Below are positions 48,961-57,096 of a stretch of DNA of 64,000 nucleotides, one piece after another. Position numbers and translations under genes: made by a program. The stretch spans positions 23,928-87,927 of the forward strand of contig JALUUM010000040.1 in NCBI GenBank assembly GCA_027021365.1, in the 5' to 3' direction. The stretch comes from Spirochaetales bacterium. GTDB taxonomy: Bacteria > Spirochaetota > Spirochaetia > SZUA-6. Positions within the stretch are counted from its first letter, which is position 1. Every line of letters begins with the position of its first letter. Below the pieces are notes generated by a model. It made no database searches. It had not been told where the DNA came from and was given only the letters and a program-made list of their open reading frames with translations.

Positions 48961-49091
48961 ACATAACGACATAATTCACTTGCTTTGAGCTCTGGCACGC
49001 GTTCTTGCTTCTATACCCACAATATCATACTTTCACCTTAATTGCAAAAACCGTGACAAAGCGAAAAGTCAAGTGCAATGTCTTGTTATAT
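48961..49091 (-). repeat. attC site (131-bp family)
   Basis: ATATAAC...GTTATGT cores; arms GACAT..TTCACTTG / CAAGTG..ATGTC. Confidence 0.9.
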
Positions 49092-49102
49092 CGATAAATA
49101 CT

Positions 49103-49528
49103 TTAATTGCCCTTTTTGTAAACAAGTATGTAATCTTTCGGTTCTAAGATATTAATCTCACCTTCAGGATAATCTTTAGTATTCCGTGTGATTATTGTCT
49201 TGATATTATGTGTCGATGCACAATTGTATTGTATGCTATCTTCAAAATCTCGATATGGACTCAATAATGCTATATCTATGATTTTTTCATCTAGAGAAAG
49301 TATCCTTAAAAGACTCCGTAATAACCTCGTTTTTTCCAGTGCAATTTCTTTATTCTCAAGTCTGGCTATTATGTAATAAATATTTGCTATTATTAGAGGG
49401 GAAGTATATCCCTCTATTTTCTTTTGTTCTATTAGAGTAAATAATTCAGCTGCTTCTTTATAAAATTTTTCTCTTTTTAACAGCAAGTCCAGTATTACAT
49501 CGCCATCAATAAAAACCTTATCCGCCAA
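49103..49528 (-). CDS. PIN domain toxin (VapC-like)
   Basis: VFIDGDVILD, DFEDSIQY, IITRN.KDY. Confidence 0.9.
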   Translation of the reverse strand: MADKVFIDGDVILDLLLKREKFYKEAAELFTLIEQKKIEGYTSPLIIANIYYIIARLENKEIALEKTRLLRSLLRILSLDEKIIDIALLSPYRDFEDSIQYNCASTHNIKTIITRNTKDYPEGEINILEPKDYILVYKKGN

Positions 49529-49772
49529 GATATTTTTCCTTGAGATATTTGAATCTTGCTTCTTCGATAGATTCTTCTTTTATTCTCACAGAACCGAGTA
49601 ATTTTTTTACTGTTGGTGTTAGTTCTGATTCCAGGTTATCATTTTCTCTTTCTGCAACATATTGAAGGTATTCCTGTACTAATTTAGAGAGGCTTTTTTT
49701 CTTTTTCTTTGCATATCTTTTTGCTTTTTCAATTGTTGTTTCATCAATACTTAAAGTAAGTTTTTTACTCAT
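49518..49772 (-). CDS. RHH-type antitoxin (DUF6364-like)
   Basis: KKLTLSIDE..IEKAKRYA.....SLSKLV..YL; upstream of and overlapping the PIN gene. Confidence 0.85.
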   Translation of the reverse strand: MSKKLTLSIDETTIEKAKRYAKKKKKSLSKLVQEYLQYVAERENDNLESELTPTVKKLLGSVRIKEESIEEARFKYLKEKYLGG

Positions 49773-49783
49773 CTATATACCTC

Positions 49784-49821
49784 TTACGTACAATAATAGT
49801 AGTTTTTATACGTAATGTCAA
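49784..49821 (-). promoter_or_regulatory. TA promoter with inverted-repeat operator
   Basis: TTGACA-17-TATTAT; TTACGTA (49784-90) and TACGTAA (49809-15) flank the -10 box. Confidence 0.7.
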
Positions 49822-49933
49822 TTGGAATTTATCTTAAACATATGGAAATTTGTATATTTCTTAATTTATAAATTCTTATCTCGATATAACACTAAAATAC
49901 AAGGAAAACTATGTAACTTAATTATATTCCTTG

Positions 49934-50884
49934 TTACATGGAAAACCCATTAACAACAGTCTGCAACAGGGAAACCTCCTCTTCTACCCCCCGGCTTTCG
50001 GGACGAAACTCCTCGCCGGTGACCGTCTCGTAGGCCTTTATGTATCTCCAGGCAACCTCCACACGAACCTCATCCGGAATCTGCGGTATTTCCCCGTCCC
50101 CCATGAAGCCCTTTCCGATAAGCCACTGCCTCAGGTATTCCTTGTCCAACTTTCTCTGCGGCTCTCCCCTTTCAAAGAGCTCATCGTAGGTATCCATGTA
50201 CCAGTACCTGCTGGAATCCGGCGTATGAATCTCGTCCACAAGCATCAACTCTCCCTCATAAAGGCCGAACTCGTACTTGGTATCTACAAGTATCATCCCA
50301 TTCCCTGCCGCAACCTCACTTCCCCGCCGATACAGCCTTAAGGCTGTCTCCCTTATCTTCTTCCACAACTCCTCGGTAACGATTCCCTCGGAAACCAGCC
50401 TTTCCTCCGAGATCGGTTCATCATGAATCCCCCTTTCCGCCTTGGTAGAAGGGGTAACAAGTGGCTCCTCGAATCTCTCGTTGAACCTCATGCCATCAGG
50501 CAGCCTTATCCCGGAAATGTCCCTCCCCTTCCGGTAGTCCCTCCAGGCAGAACCGGTAAGGTAGCCACGCACCACCACTTCCACGGGAACAAGCTCGCAC
50601 TTCCTCACAAGAACGCTACGAGCTGATACTACCCTCTCCACGTGATTTGGTATGATATCCTCCGTTTTCCCGAACCAGAAGAGTGAAATTCTGTTCAGCA
50701 CCTCTCCCTTGCAAGGAATCGTCGAGAGAACCCTGTCGAAAGCCGATATCCTGTCAGTGGTAACAATGAGCAGGTGGCTTCCCAGTTCGATGATATCCCT
50801 CACCTTTCCCCTGATAACGGGAAGATCCATGTTGATACTTTCCACGGTCTGCCCAAGCATGCCGTACAGCGTATTCCTATCCAA
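49934..50884 (-). CDS. purC: Phosphoribosylaminoimidazole-succinocarboxamide synthase
   Basis: RGKVRD, TDRISAFD, PVEVVVRGYLTGS, TPSTKA, DTKYEFG, DEIHTPDSSRYW, DKEYLRQWL. Confidence 0.97.
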   Translation of the reverse strand: MDRNTLYGMLGQTVESINMDLPVIRGKVRDIIELGSHLLIVTTDRISAFDRVLSTIPCKGEVLNRISLFWFGKTEDIIPNHVERVVSARSVLVRKCELVPVEVVVRGYLTGSAWRDYRKGRDISGIRLPDGMRFNERFEEPLVTPSTKAERGIHDEPISEERLVSEGIVTEELWKKIRETALRLYRRGSEVAAGNGMILVDTKYEFGLYEGELMLVDEIHTPDSSRYWYMDTYDELFERGEPQRKLDKEYLRQWLIGKGFMGDGEIPQIPDEVRVEVAWRYIKAYETVTGEEFRPESRGVEEEVSLLQTVVNGFSM

Positions 50885-50890
50885 TTTGAC

Positions 50891-51493
50891 TTACTCCTCT
50901 ATTTCGTTTCTCCTTTTTACGATTCTGGAAATGAGCCCGTAATCCTTCGCCTCCGGTGCATTCATCCAGAAATCCCTGTCAGTATCCTTCTCCACCTTTT
51001 CATAGGGCTGGCCCGTTTCCTCTGCTATGAGCTTGTTTATCTTTACCCTTAGCTTATCCAGTTCCCTTGCATGAATCTCAATCTCCGTTGCAACGCCCCT
51101 TATGCCACTCAAGGGCTGGTGGATGAGGTAGTGCGAGTTGGGAAGCCCCAGCCTGTCCTCCTTTGGAGAGGCAAGCAGTACTATGGCAGCAGCACTTGCA
51201 ACGAGCCCCATTCCTATAAGGTATACACGAGGCTTTATGAAGCGTATCATGTCGAATATTGCAAAACCGGCATCCGCATCACCACCGGGAGAATCTATGA
51301 AGATCTTGATTGGTTCTTCACTCTCATCTTCCAAAAGAATCAACTGCCTTACGATCCTCTCGGCAAGAGCCTTGTTTATCTCTCCGGAGAGGAGAATCGT
51401 TCTCGTTTTGAGGATTCTCTGAAGTAAAAAGGACTCCTGTTCCTTTCCCTCCTCTTCCTTTTGATTGAAAAAGATATTTTCATCGATTTTCAT
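50891..51493 (-). CDS. clpP: ATP-dependent Clp protease proteolytic subunit
   Basis: IDSPGG, GLVASAA (Ser), IHQP (His), DTDRDFW (Asp), YGLI. Confidence 0.95.
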   Translation of the reverse strand: MKIDENIFFNQKEEEGKEQESFLLQRILKTRTILLSGEINKALAERIVRQLILLEDESEEPIKIFIDSPGGDADAGFAIFDMIRFIKPRVYLIGMGLVASAAAIVLLASPKEDRLGLPNSHYLIHQPLSGIRGVATEIEIHARELDKLRVKINKLIAEETGQPYEKVEKDTDRDFWMNAPEAKDYGLISRIVKRRNEIEE

Positions 51494-51542
51494 GGTTTTA
51501 TTCCTCTTTCAAAAAGCTTATTTGGTGTCTTCGGGTAAGGAA

Positions 51543-51571
51543 AATATATACGGCGATGGGATAAAATTCAA
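51543..51571 (-). promoter_or_regulatory. Probable clpP promoter
   Basis: Minus strand TTGAAT (51571-66), 17 bp, TATATT (51548-43). Confidence 0.55.
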
Positions 51572-51572
51572 T

Positions 51573-51601
51573 AAAAAAAAGGCCGGAGAAAATCTCCGGC
51601 C
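51573..51601 (-). terminator. Intrinsic terminator
   Basis: Perfect 9-bp GC-rich stem followed by eight T on the minus strand. Confidence 0.85.
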
Positions 51602-51668
51602 CTCCCTTAAACTTCCGTCCTCCAATATTTACTGGAGGTTTTGGGGCGGAAGGCTCCCAGATTGCACC
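51573..51668 (-). ncRNA. Candidate ~95-nt small RNA (own promoter, long hairpin, intrinsic terminator)
   Basis: TTGACA (51700-695)-16-TAAAAT (51678-73); CTTCCG/CGGAAG plus CCTCCAGTA/TATTGGAGG stem; terminator GGCCGGAGA/TCTCCGGCC + T8. Confidence 0.55.
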
Positions 51669-51759
51669 CTCTATTTTACTACAGCTTTTTCAATTGTCAA
51701 CAGGTATAGACATTTTTTTCTCTCTTCTTCATTATAAATATCCGAGGAGATGACAAGTT

Positions 51760-52623
51760 ATGAAGGCAGATATCGCAGTAATCGGCGGAAGCGGCTTGTA
51801 TCGGATAGAGGGGTCAAGGGTAATAGAAGAGATTGATGTTCCCACGCCCTTTGGCATGACCTCCGATGTAATATCCGTTATGGACATCGGTGGCATACCC
51901 GTTGCATTCCTACCGAGACACGGGAAAGGCCACAGGATACTTCCCACAGAGGTACCCTCCGATGCAAACATCTGGGCACTCAAATACCTTGGCGTGAAGC
52001 AAATAATCTCTGTGAGTGCGGTAGGTTCCCTCTCAGAGGATTACAAGCCGGGTGATTTCATAGTCCTGGACCAGCTTATTGACAGGACAAGGAGCAGAAG
52101 AAACAGCTACTTCGGTAACGGAATTGTCGGTCACGTTGCATTTGCAGAACCCTTCTGTCCCAGCATGAGAGGAAAAATAATAGAAGTGCTTTCCAAAAAA
52201 AATCATCCCTTTCACGAGAAGGGAACACTGGTTACAATGGAGGGTCCCCTATTCTCAACAAAAGCAGAATCGGAGCTGTACAGAAGCTGGAAATCCCACC
52301 TGATTGGCATGACAGCCCTCCCCGAAGCAAAGCTTGCAAGGGAGGCAGAAATCTGCTATGCAACCATTGCAATGGTTACCGACTACGACTGCTGGCATGA
52401 AACAGAGGAGAGTGTATCGGTTGAAATGGTTTTGAAGGTAATGAATGACAATGTCAGTTCAGTAAAGGCAATGCTACCCGAAATAATCGAATCTGTTACC
52501 GGGATAGAGGATTGTACATGCAGGCATGCCGCTGAAAATGCGATCATCACAGACCCGGAAAAGATACCATACGAAAAAAAGAGAAGGCTTTCCCTCTTCT
52601 ATTCAAAGTACTGGAAGGCTTAG
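51760..52623 (+). CDS. mtnP: S-methyl-5'-thioadenosine phosphorylase
   Basis: IGGSGLY, TPFG, PRHG.GH, ANIWALK, SAVGSL, MEGP.FSTKAES, GMT..PEAKLAREAE, VTDYDCW. Confidence 0.94.
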   Translation: MKADIAVIGGSGLYRIEGSRVIEEIDVPTPFGMTSDVISVMDIGGIPVAFLPRHGKGHRILPTEVPSDANIWALKYLGVKQIISVSAVGSLSEDYKPGDFIVLDQLIDRTRSRRNSYFGNGIVGHVAFAEPFCPSMRGKIIEVLSKKNHPFHEKGTLVTMEGPLFSTKAESELYRSWKSHLIGMTALPEAKLAREAEICYATIAMVTDYDCWHETEESVSVEMVLKVMNDNVSSVKAMLPEIIESVTGIEDCTCRHAAENAIITDPEKIPYEKKRRLSLFYSKYWKA

Positions 52624-53630
52624 AGTTTCAATTCGTACAGGGGCAGGGGAAAACTTTCTGTTTCCTCGGCAGATAGGCTTCCCCCTCTCTCCATTACAAA
52701 GAGGCCCTCTACACCATCTGTCTTTTGTATCATCTCGAAACCCTTCTCATACCCCATGACAAAGGCAGCCGTTGAAAGTGCATCGGCCTCCATACAGGAA
52801 CCTGCAATAACCGTAACGGAAACAAGTCCCCTGGCCGGATAACCTGTCGAGGGATCTATTATGTGATGGTACCTCACGCCATCCTTCTCGAAGTACTGCT
52901 CGTAGTCACCGGAGGTTACGATTGCCAACCTCTTATTACTCTCCCCTAGAGAAACTATACCCATAAACTCATTTAACTTGCGGGGATGCTTGATACCTAT
53001 CTTCCACCTGGCTTCCTTCTTTAGGCCCTTAACGAGAATATCTCCACCCGCTTCTATCAGGTACTCGTCGTATCCCATCGATTCGAGATAATCGCCAAGA
53101 AGGTCCACAATCGCTCCCTTGGCAATTCCGCCAAGATCCACGCCAAAGCCTTCAGGCAGGGTAGCAATGCCGCCGGTGTCAAGTATCAACCTTTTATAGT
53201 CCACGTGTGCCTTTGCTTTCTCAATCTCACCCTTGCCGGGAAGTCTCCCCCCGTGATCGAAATCCCAGGCCCTGGTAAGTGCATAGATAGTGGGATCGAA
53301 GGCTCCACCGCTCTTCCTTGCAATGGCAAGGGCCTCTTTCATGGTAGCATAGAGCTCCGGCGGAAGCTTTGCCCTTCCTGTTCTGTTTAGCTCGAAGAGG
53401 GGGCTTTTTTCATCCCTGTGATCAAAGAGGGAAACCTTTTCATTGACAAAGGAGTTTACTCGATCCCACTCCGGTTCCCGCTGCCCCACCACGATGATGT
53501 TTAGAGGGATATCCTTTAGTAATCCTGCATGCTTGTATACCCTGATCCTGCTGCAGGAGGTAATGATTAGAGATGCTGCTGTTAACAGTAAAACGGCGAA
53601 AAGAGGGATGCTTCTTTTAACGGTTTTCAT
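52620..53630 (-). CDS. apbE: FAD:protein FMN transferase lipoprotein
   Basis: Lipobox ..TSC; GAFDPT, DLGGIAKG, GGDI, TSGDYE, YHHIIDP.TG, ADALSTA. Confidence 0.93.
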   Translation of the reverse strand: MKTVKRSIPLFAVLLLTAASLIITSCSRIRVYKHAGLLKDIPLNIIVVGQREPEWDRVNSFVNEKVSLFDHRDEKSPLFELNRTGRAKLPPELYATMKEALAIARKSGGAFDPTIYALTRAWDFDHGGRLPGKGEIEKAKAHVDYKRLILDTGGIATLPEGFGVDLGGIAKGAIVDLLGDYLESMGYDEYLIEAGGDILVKGLKKEARWKIGIKHPRKLNEFMGIVSLGESNKRLAIVTSGDYEQYFEKDGVRYHHIIDPSTGYPARGLVSVTVIAGSCMEADALSTAAFVMGYEKGFEMIQKTDGVEGLFVMERGGSLSAEETESFPLPLYELKL

Positions 53631-53661
53631 GATACTACCATGGTCCAGTTTTTTGAATTAT

Positions 53662-54918
53662 CTACCTGTTTTTCAGGGAAGGTTTTTCCGAAAGATCCAG
53701 TTTCAGTCTGTCACGCATGCCTTTAAAAGCCTTTAGTGTCTGTTCCACGTCTTCGTCCGTGTGGGAGGCCGTCGGTATCATTCTGAAAAGGACAACGCCA
53801 GGGGGAACAACAGGATACGTTACACCGGAGACGAATACCCCATAATCCTCCCTCAGCATTGCTATCATGGACATAGCTATGTCTTCACTTCCCGCCGGTA
53901 CATATACGGGGGTTATCGGTGATTTCGTATCCCCGATATCGAATCCCAGTTCCACCAGGCCGTTCTGAAGTTTCTTTGCAATCCTCCACATATTCTCCCT
54001 GTAGCTGGGATCCTTTTCCATGATTTCGAGGGTGGCTTCTATGGCCTTCACGAAAATCATTGGAAGGCTCTTTGCAAATACATTTGTCCTTGCATTGTAG
54101 CGAATCCACTCTATCACATCCTTCTCTCCCGCCGTAACTCCGCCAATCGCTGCAAAAGCCTTGGCAAAAGTGCCGAAATAGAGGTCTATCTTGTCCTGAA
54201 CTCCGTAGTACTCCCCTGTACCACGGCCATTGTCTCCCATGACTCCGAAACCATGGGCATCGTCTATGAAGAGGCGTGCGGAGTATTTCTCCTTCAGCTC
54301 TGTTATCGCATCAAGCCTGGCAAGATCTCCTCGCATACCGAAAACACCCTCTGTTACTATCAGGATTCCTCCCTTTCTGTCCTTGTTGATCGATTTCAGG
54401 TGGAACTCAAGGCTCTCCATGTCATTGTGCCTGTAGGGCCTGAATCTTCTTCCCGCAGATGCAAGAATGGCAGCATCCACCATTGAAGCATGGGAGAGCT
54501 TATCTATTACCACGATATCATCCTTGCCGATCAAGGCGGAAATAGTTCCAAGCACTCCCAGGTAGCCATAGTTGAAGAGTATGCTGGAAGGTTTCTGAAG
54601 AAATTTTGCCAGTTTCTTTTCCAACTCTATATGTTCAATGGTATTGCCGGTGAGCATCCTCGAACCCATAGGTGTGTACGTACCGTATTTCTTTGCAGCT
54701 TCAACTGCCACCTCTTTCACCTTTTCGTGGCCAGCCAAACCTGCATAGTTGTTTACCGCCCACATTATCACTTCCCTGCCCTTGAATTTCATTCTCGGTC
54801 CTGGTAGGCCCTCCAGTACTGGCTGGGTAAAATAGTCGTCACCTGAAATTCTGAAACGTCCGAAGTAACCGCCGTCAGACTTGCATTTATCAAACAGATC
54901 ATTTTGAGAATTTTCCAT
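53662..54918 (-). CDS. PLP-dependent alpha-oxoamine synthase, most similar to cysteate-C-fatty acyltransferase (CapB/SulA type)
   Basis: SHAS, HND, EGVFGMRG, DDAHG, GTFAK (PLP Lys), YNARTNVFAKSLPM, RMIPTASHT; adjacent to cysteate synthase. Confidence 0.8.
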   Translation of the reverse strand: MENSQNDLFDKCKSDGGYFGRFRISGDDYFTQPVLEGLPGPRMKFKGREVIMWAVNNYAGLAGHEKVKEVAVEAAKKYGTYTPMGSRMLTGNTIEHIELEKKLAKFLQKPSSILFNYGYLGVLGTISALIGKDDIVVIDKLSHASMVDAAILASAGRRFRPYRHNDMESLEFHLKSINKDRKGGILIVTEGVFGMRGDLARLDAITELKEKYSARLFIDDAHGFGVMGDNGRGTGEYYGVQDKIDLYFGTFAKAFAAIGGVTAGEKDVIEWIRYNARTNVFAKSLPMIFVKAIEATLEIMEKDPSYRENMWRIAKKLQNGLVELGFDIGDTKSPITPVYVPAGSEDIAMSMIAMLREDYGVFVSGVTYPVVPPGVVLFRMIPTASHTDEDVEQTLKAFKGMRDRLKLDLSEKPSLKNR

Positions 54919-54954
54919 GTTTTCTTCCTCTATCAGGTATTACTTGCCCCACCC

Positions 54955-56244
54955 CTATACAAATTCCGGCTGAAACAGTTTTTCCACGCTGTTTCTTATA
55001 AAATCGTCGGATTCATTAGGAGTAAAGCTCAAATCGGGCTCTTTGTAAATAGGCTTTTTCTCGGAGGAAAGCCTCTTGTATCCACCCCCCGTAATATTCA
55101 GGAGAATGACATCCTTCTTCTTGACATTCCCAGCTTCCACCGCCTGAATGAGTGATGCAACGGCTACCTCGGCTGCAGGATCGAGGTCTATACCCTCTTC
55201 CTTTTCAAACATAAACCCTGCTTTCAGGCTTTCCTCATTTGTCACACCATACATATGACCTTTTGAATCTGTAAGTGCATCGAATACACCACCGACAATG
55301 GAGTATGGCGGTTTTCTGTTGCTCAGTACTTTGGAGTGTAGCCCATCGATAAGCCTCTTCGTTTTTTTCTCCTCGGGAATATCGATTCTCCTCTCTCCTC
55401 TTTTCCACGCCTCCACCATAGGGGTAAAGGGAATATTCTGTGAAAGATGAAGGTGCATCCGCTTCTTTCCGAAACTTCCGTCCTCGAGGAGCCTTAGGCT
55501 CATCTCCCATGCCGCGATCCCACCTGTTCCGCTTCCGACGGCCTGGAAGTAATGATCAGGTATCTCTCCGATAGCTTCGGTCCCTGCAAGAACCACTACA
55601 CCCATTCCATCTCGTCTTCCCACATTTTTTGCTCCTCCCTCAGCAAGGAAGCCATCAAAGTGAGAAATCAATCCTCCGAGTTTGATAGCATCGAGGTAAT
55701 CGACATTTCCCTTAACGCTCAACAATTTGACCCGAGGACTTAATTCTTCTGTTGACCACAAGGAATGAATGTACTTGTCTGGTACAACGACAAGAACAGG
55801 AATATCGTTCCTAGAACATAGGGTCAGAAACGCCCTTCCGGTGTTTCCTGCAGATGAAACCACAAGAACCCGTTCCTCACTTTCGGGTAATCTTCCGCAA
55901 ACGCCTGGAACCTCTAATTCCTTAAAGGAGCAGGTTTCCATGAAAGCGCCCCTTTCCGGCCAGTACCCGTTGAAAGCAACATAGAGGTTATCAAGACCCA
56001 GTCTGCTCCCAAGGCCTTTGCTGTGGTACACAACCGGTCCTCTGGTACCTTTAAATTTTCTCTGGAGTGGCAACCAGTCTGAATACCTGAATATCCCTTC
56101 TGCATCATCATGAATAATCAGCTTTTTGGAATATTCGGTTCTTAAAAGCGAGGCCTCATGTTCCTCGGAACAGTCCATACGAAAATCATCGTAATCATAC
56201 ACATTTCCGCAATGCATGCACCGGAGAGTGTAACTCGTTTTCAT
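54955..56244 (-). CDS. Cysteate synthase (threonine synthase-like PLP enzyme)
   Basis: NGYWPERGA.M.TCSFKELE, SAGNTGRAF, EGGAKNV.RRDGMG, PDHYFQAVGSGTGGIAAWE, VLSNRKPPYS, LNITGGG; ATG 56244. Confidence 0.88.
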   Translation of the reverse strand: MKTSYTLRCMHCGNVYDYDDFRMDCSEEHEASLLRTEYSKKLIIHDDAEGIFRYSDWLPLQRKFKGTRGPVVYHSKGLGSRLGLDNLYVAFNGYWPERGAFMETCSFKELEVPGVCGRLPESEERVLVVSSAGNTGRAFLTLCSRNDIPVLVVVPDKYIHSLWSTEELSPRVKLLSVKGNVDYLDAIKLGGLISHFDGFLAEGGAKNVGRRDGMGVVVLAGTEAIGEIPDHYFQAVGSGTGGIAAWEMSLRLLEDGSFGKKRMHLHLSQNIPFTPMVEAWKRGERRIDIPEEKKTKRLIDGLHSKVLSNRKPPYSIVGGVFDALTDSKGHMYGVTNEESLKAGFMFEKEEGIDLDPAAEVAVASLIQAVEAGNVKKKDVILLNITGGGYKRLSSEKKPIYKEPDLSFTPNESDDFIRNSVEKLFQPEFV

Positions 56245-56395
56245 ACTGATAAGGATTTTAAAAAGAGGAGAATATGTCAACATTGCCACGTATGAGCAAT
56301 TGCACAATCCGTGCGAATCCTGTAAAATCAATGATTAGAAGCGGTTTTTAAGGATAAATAGATTATAAAAGCACAATCAGAATCAAAAAAGAGGC

Positions 56396-56418
56396 TGAAT
56401 ATTTGAATAAAATATTCA
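56396..56418. promoter_or_regulatory. Palindromic operator candidate for the adjacent TetR
   Basis: TGAATATTT-5 bp-AAATATTCA perfect inverted repeat 6 bp upstream of the tetR ATG. Confidence 0.65.
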
Positions 56419-56424
56419 TTTTGC

Positions 56425-57048
56425 ATGGATAAGAAAACCATACTACTCAAGACAGGGGAGAAGCTCTTCTCCCAGTACGGATACAGGAATGTAAACATCG
56501 AAGAGATAGCAAGCCATGCGGGACTTGCTACAGGTAGCTTCTATACCTATTTCAACAGTAAAGAAGAATTCTATTCCCAGGTACTGGACAGGATAGAAGA
56601 AGAAGGAATCAACCATATCGACAGACTTATTTCAAGCTTTCATTCTCCCATCAATAAATTGAAGGCAGTATACCGGTTTGCCACACTTGGCCTTAGAAAA
56701 AATATCATTCTGAAGGGCATACTTACTGGTGACAAGAAATTTGTCTACCCGGGTCTGAACGAGAGAAAAGAAAACGGCAGCAAACTGATAAATCATATAT
56801 CGCTTCTTCTCGAAAGAATAATCCGTGAGGGTACAGAAAAAAGAGTTTTTAGGGCAGGCATATTCAAAAATCCGCGTCGAATGCTCTTCACCATATACAA
56901 CGCAATAATTTCCGAATTCGACAACGGAGACGTAGAAGAGCTAATGGATGACACCCTGCTACTTATCGAACGAGGTATGCGCAGAATGATAAGGTTACGA
57001 AAGCGAGATGAACGTCTTGACAGAAGAAAGAATAAAACCGGGTTATAA
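56425..57048 (+). CDS. TetR/AcrR family transcriptional regulator
   Basis: LF...GY....IEEIA..AGLATGSFYTYF.SKEE. Confidence 0.93.
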   Translation: MDKKTILLKTGEKLFSQYGYRNVNIEEIASHAGLATGSFYTYFNSKEEFYSQVLDRIEEEGINHIDRLISSFHSPINKLKAVYRFATLGLRKNIILKGILTGDKKFVYPGLNERKENGSKLINHISLLLERIIREGTEKRVFRAGIFKNPRRMLFTIYNAIISEFDNGDVEELMDDTLLLIERGMRRMIRLRKRDERLDRRKNKTGL

Positions 57049-57096
57049 CAACGATTTCTGTTGAATTAGCAAATCAAATAACTATATTTATAGCTG

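Larger units (their letters stand above)
44389..49890 (-). mobile_element. Integron gene-cassette array without adjacent integrase (CALIN), six cassettes
   Basis: Co-oriented accessory genes each followed by an attC-like palindrome (RYYYAAC...GTTRRRY); visibly more AT-rich than the flanks; no tyrosine recombinase in the window. Confidence 0.88.

Noticed and set aside
47942-49091. 131-bp repeats as CRISPR or IS ends
   Set aside because: Too long, separated by whole genes, bounded by AAC/GTT cores; no cas or transposase genes in the window.
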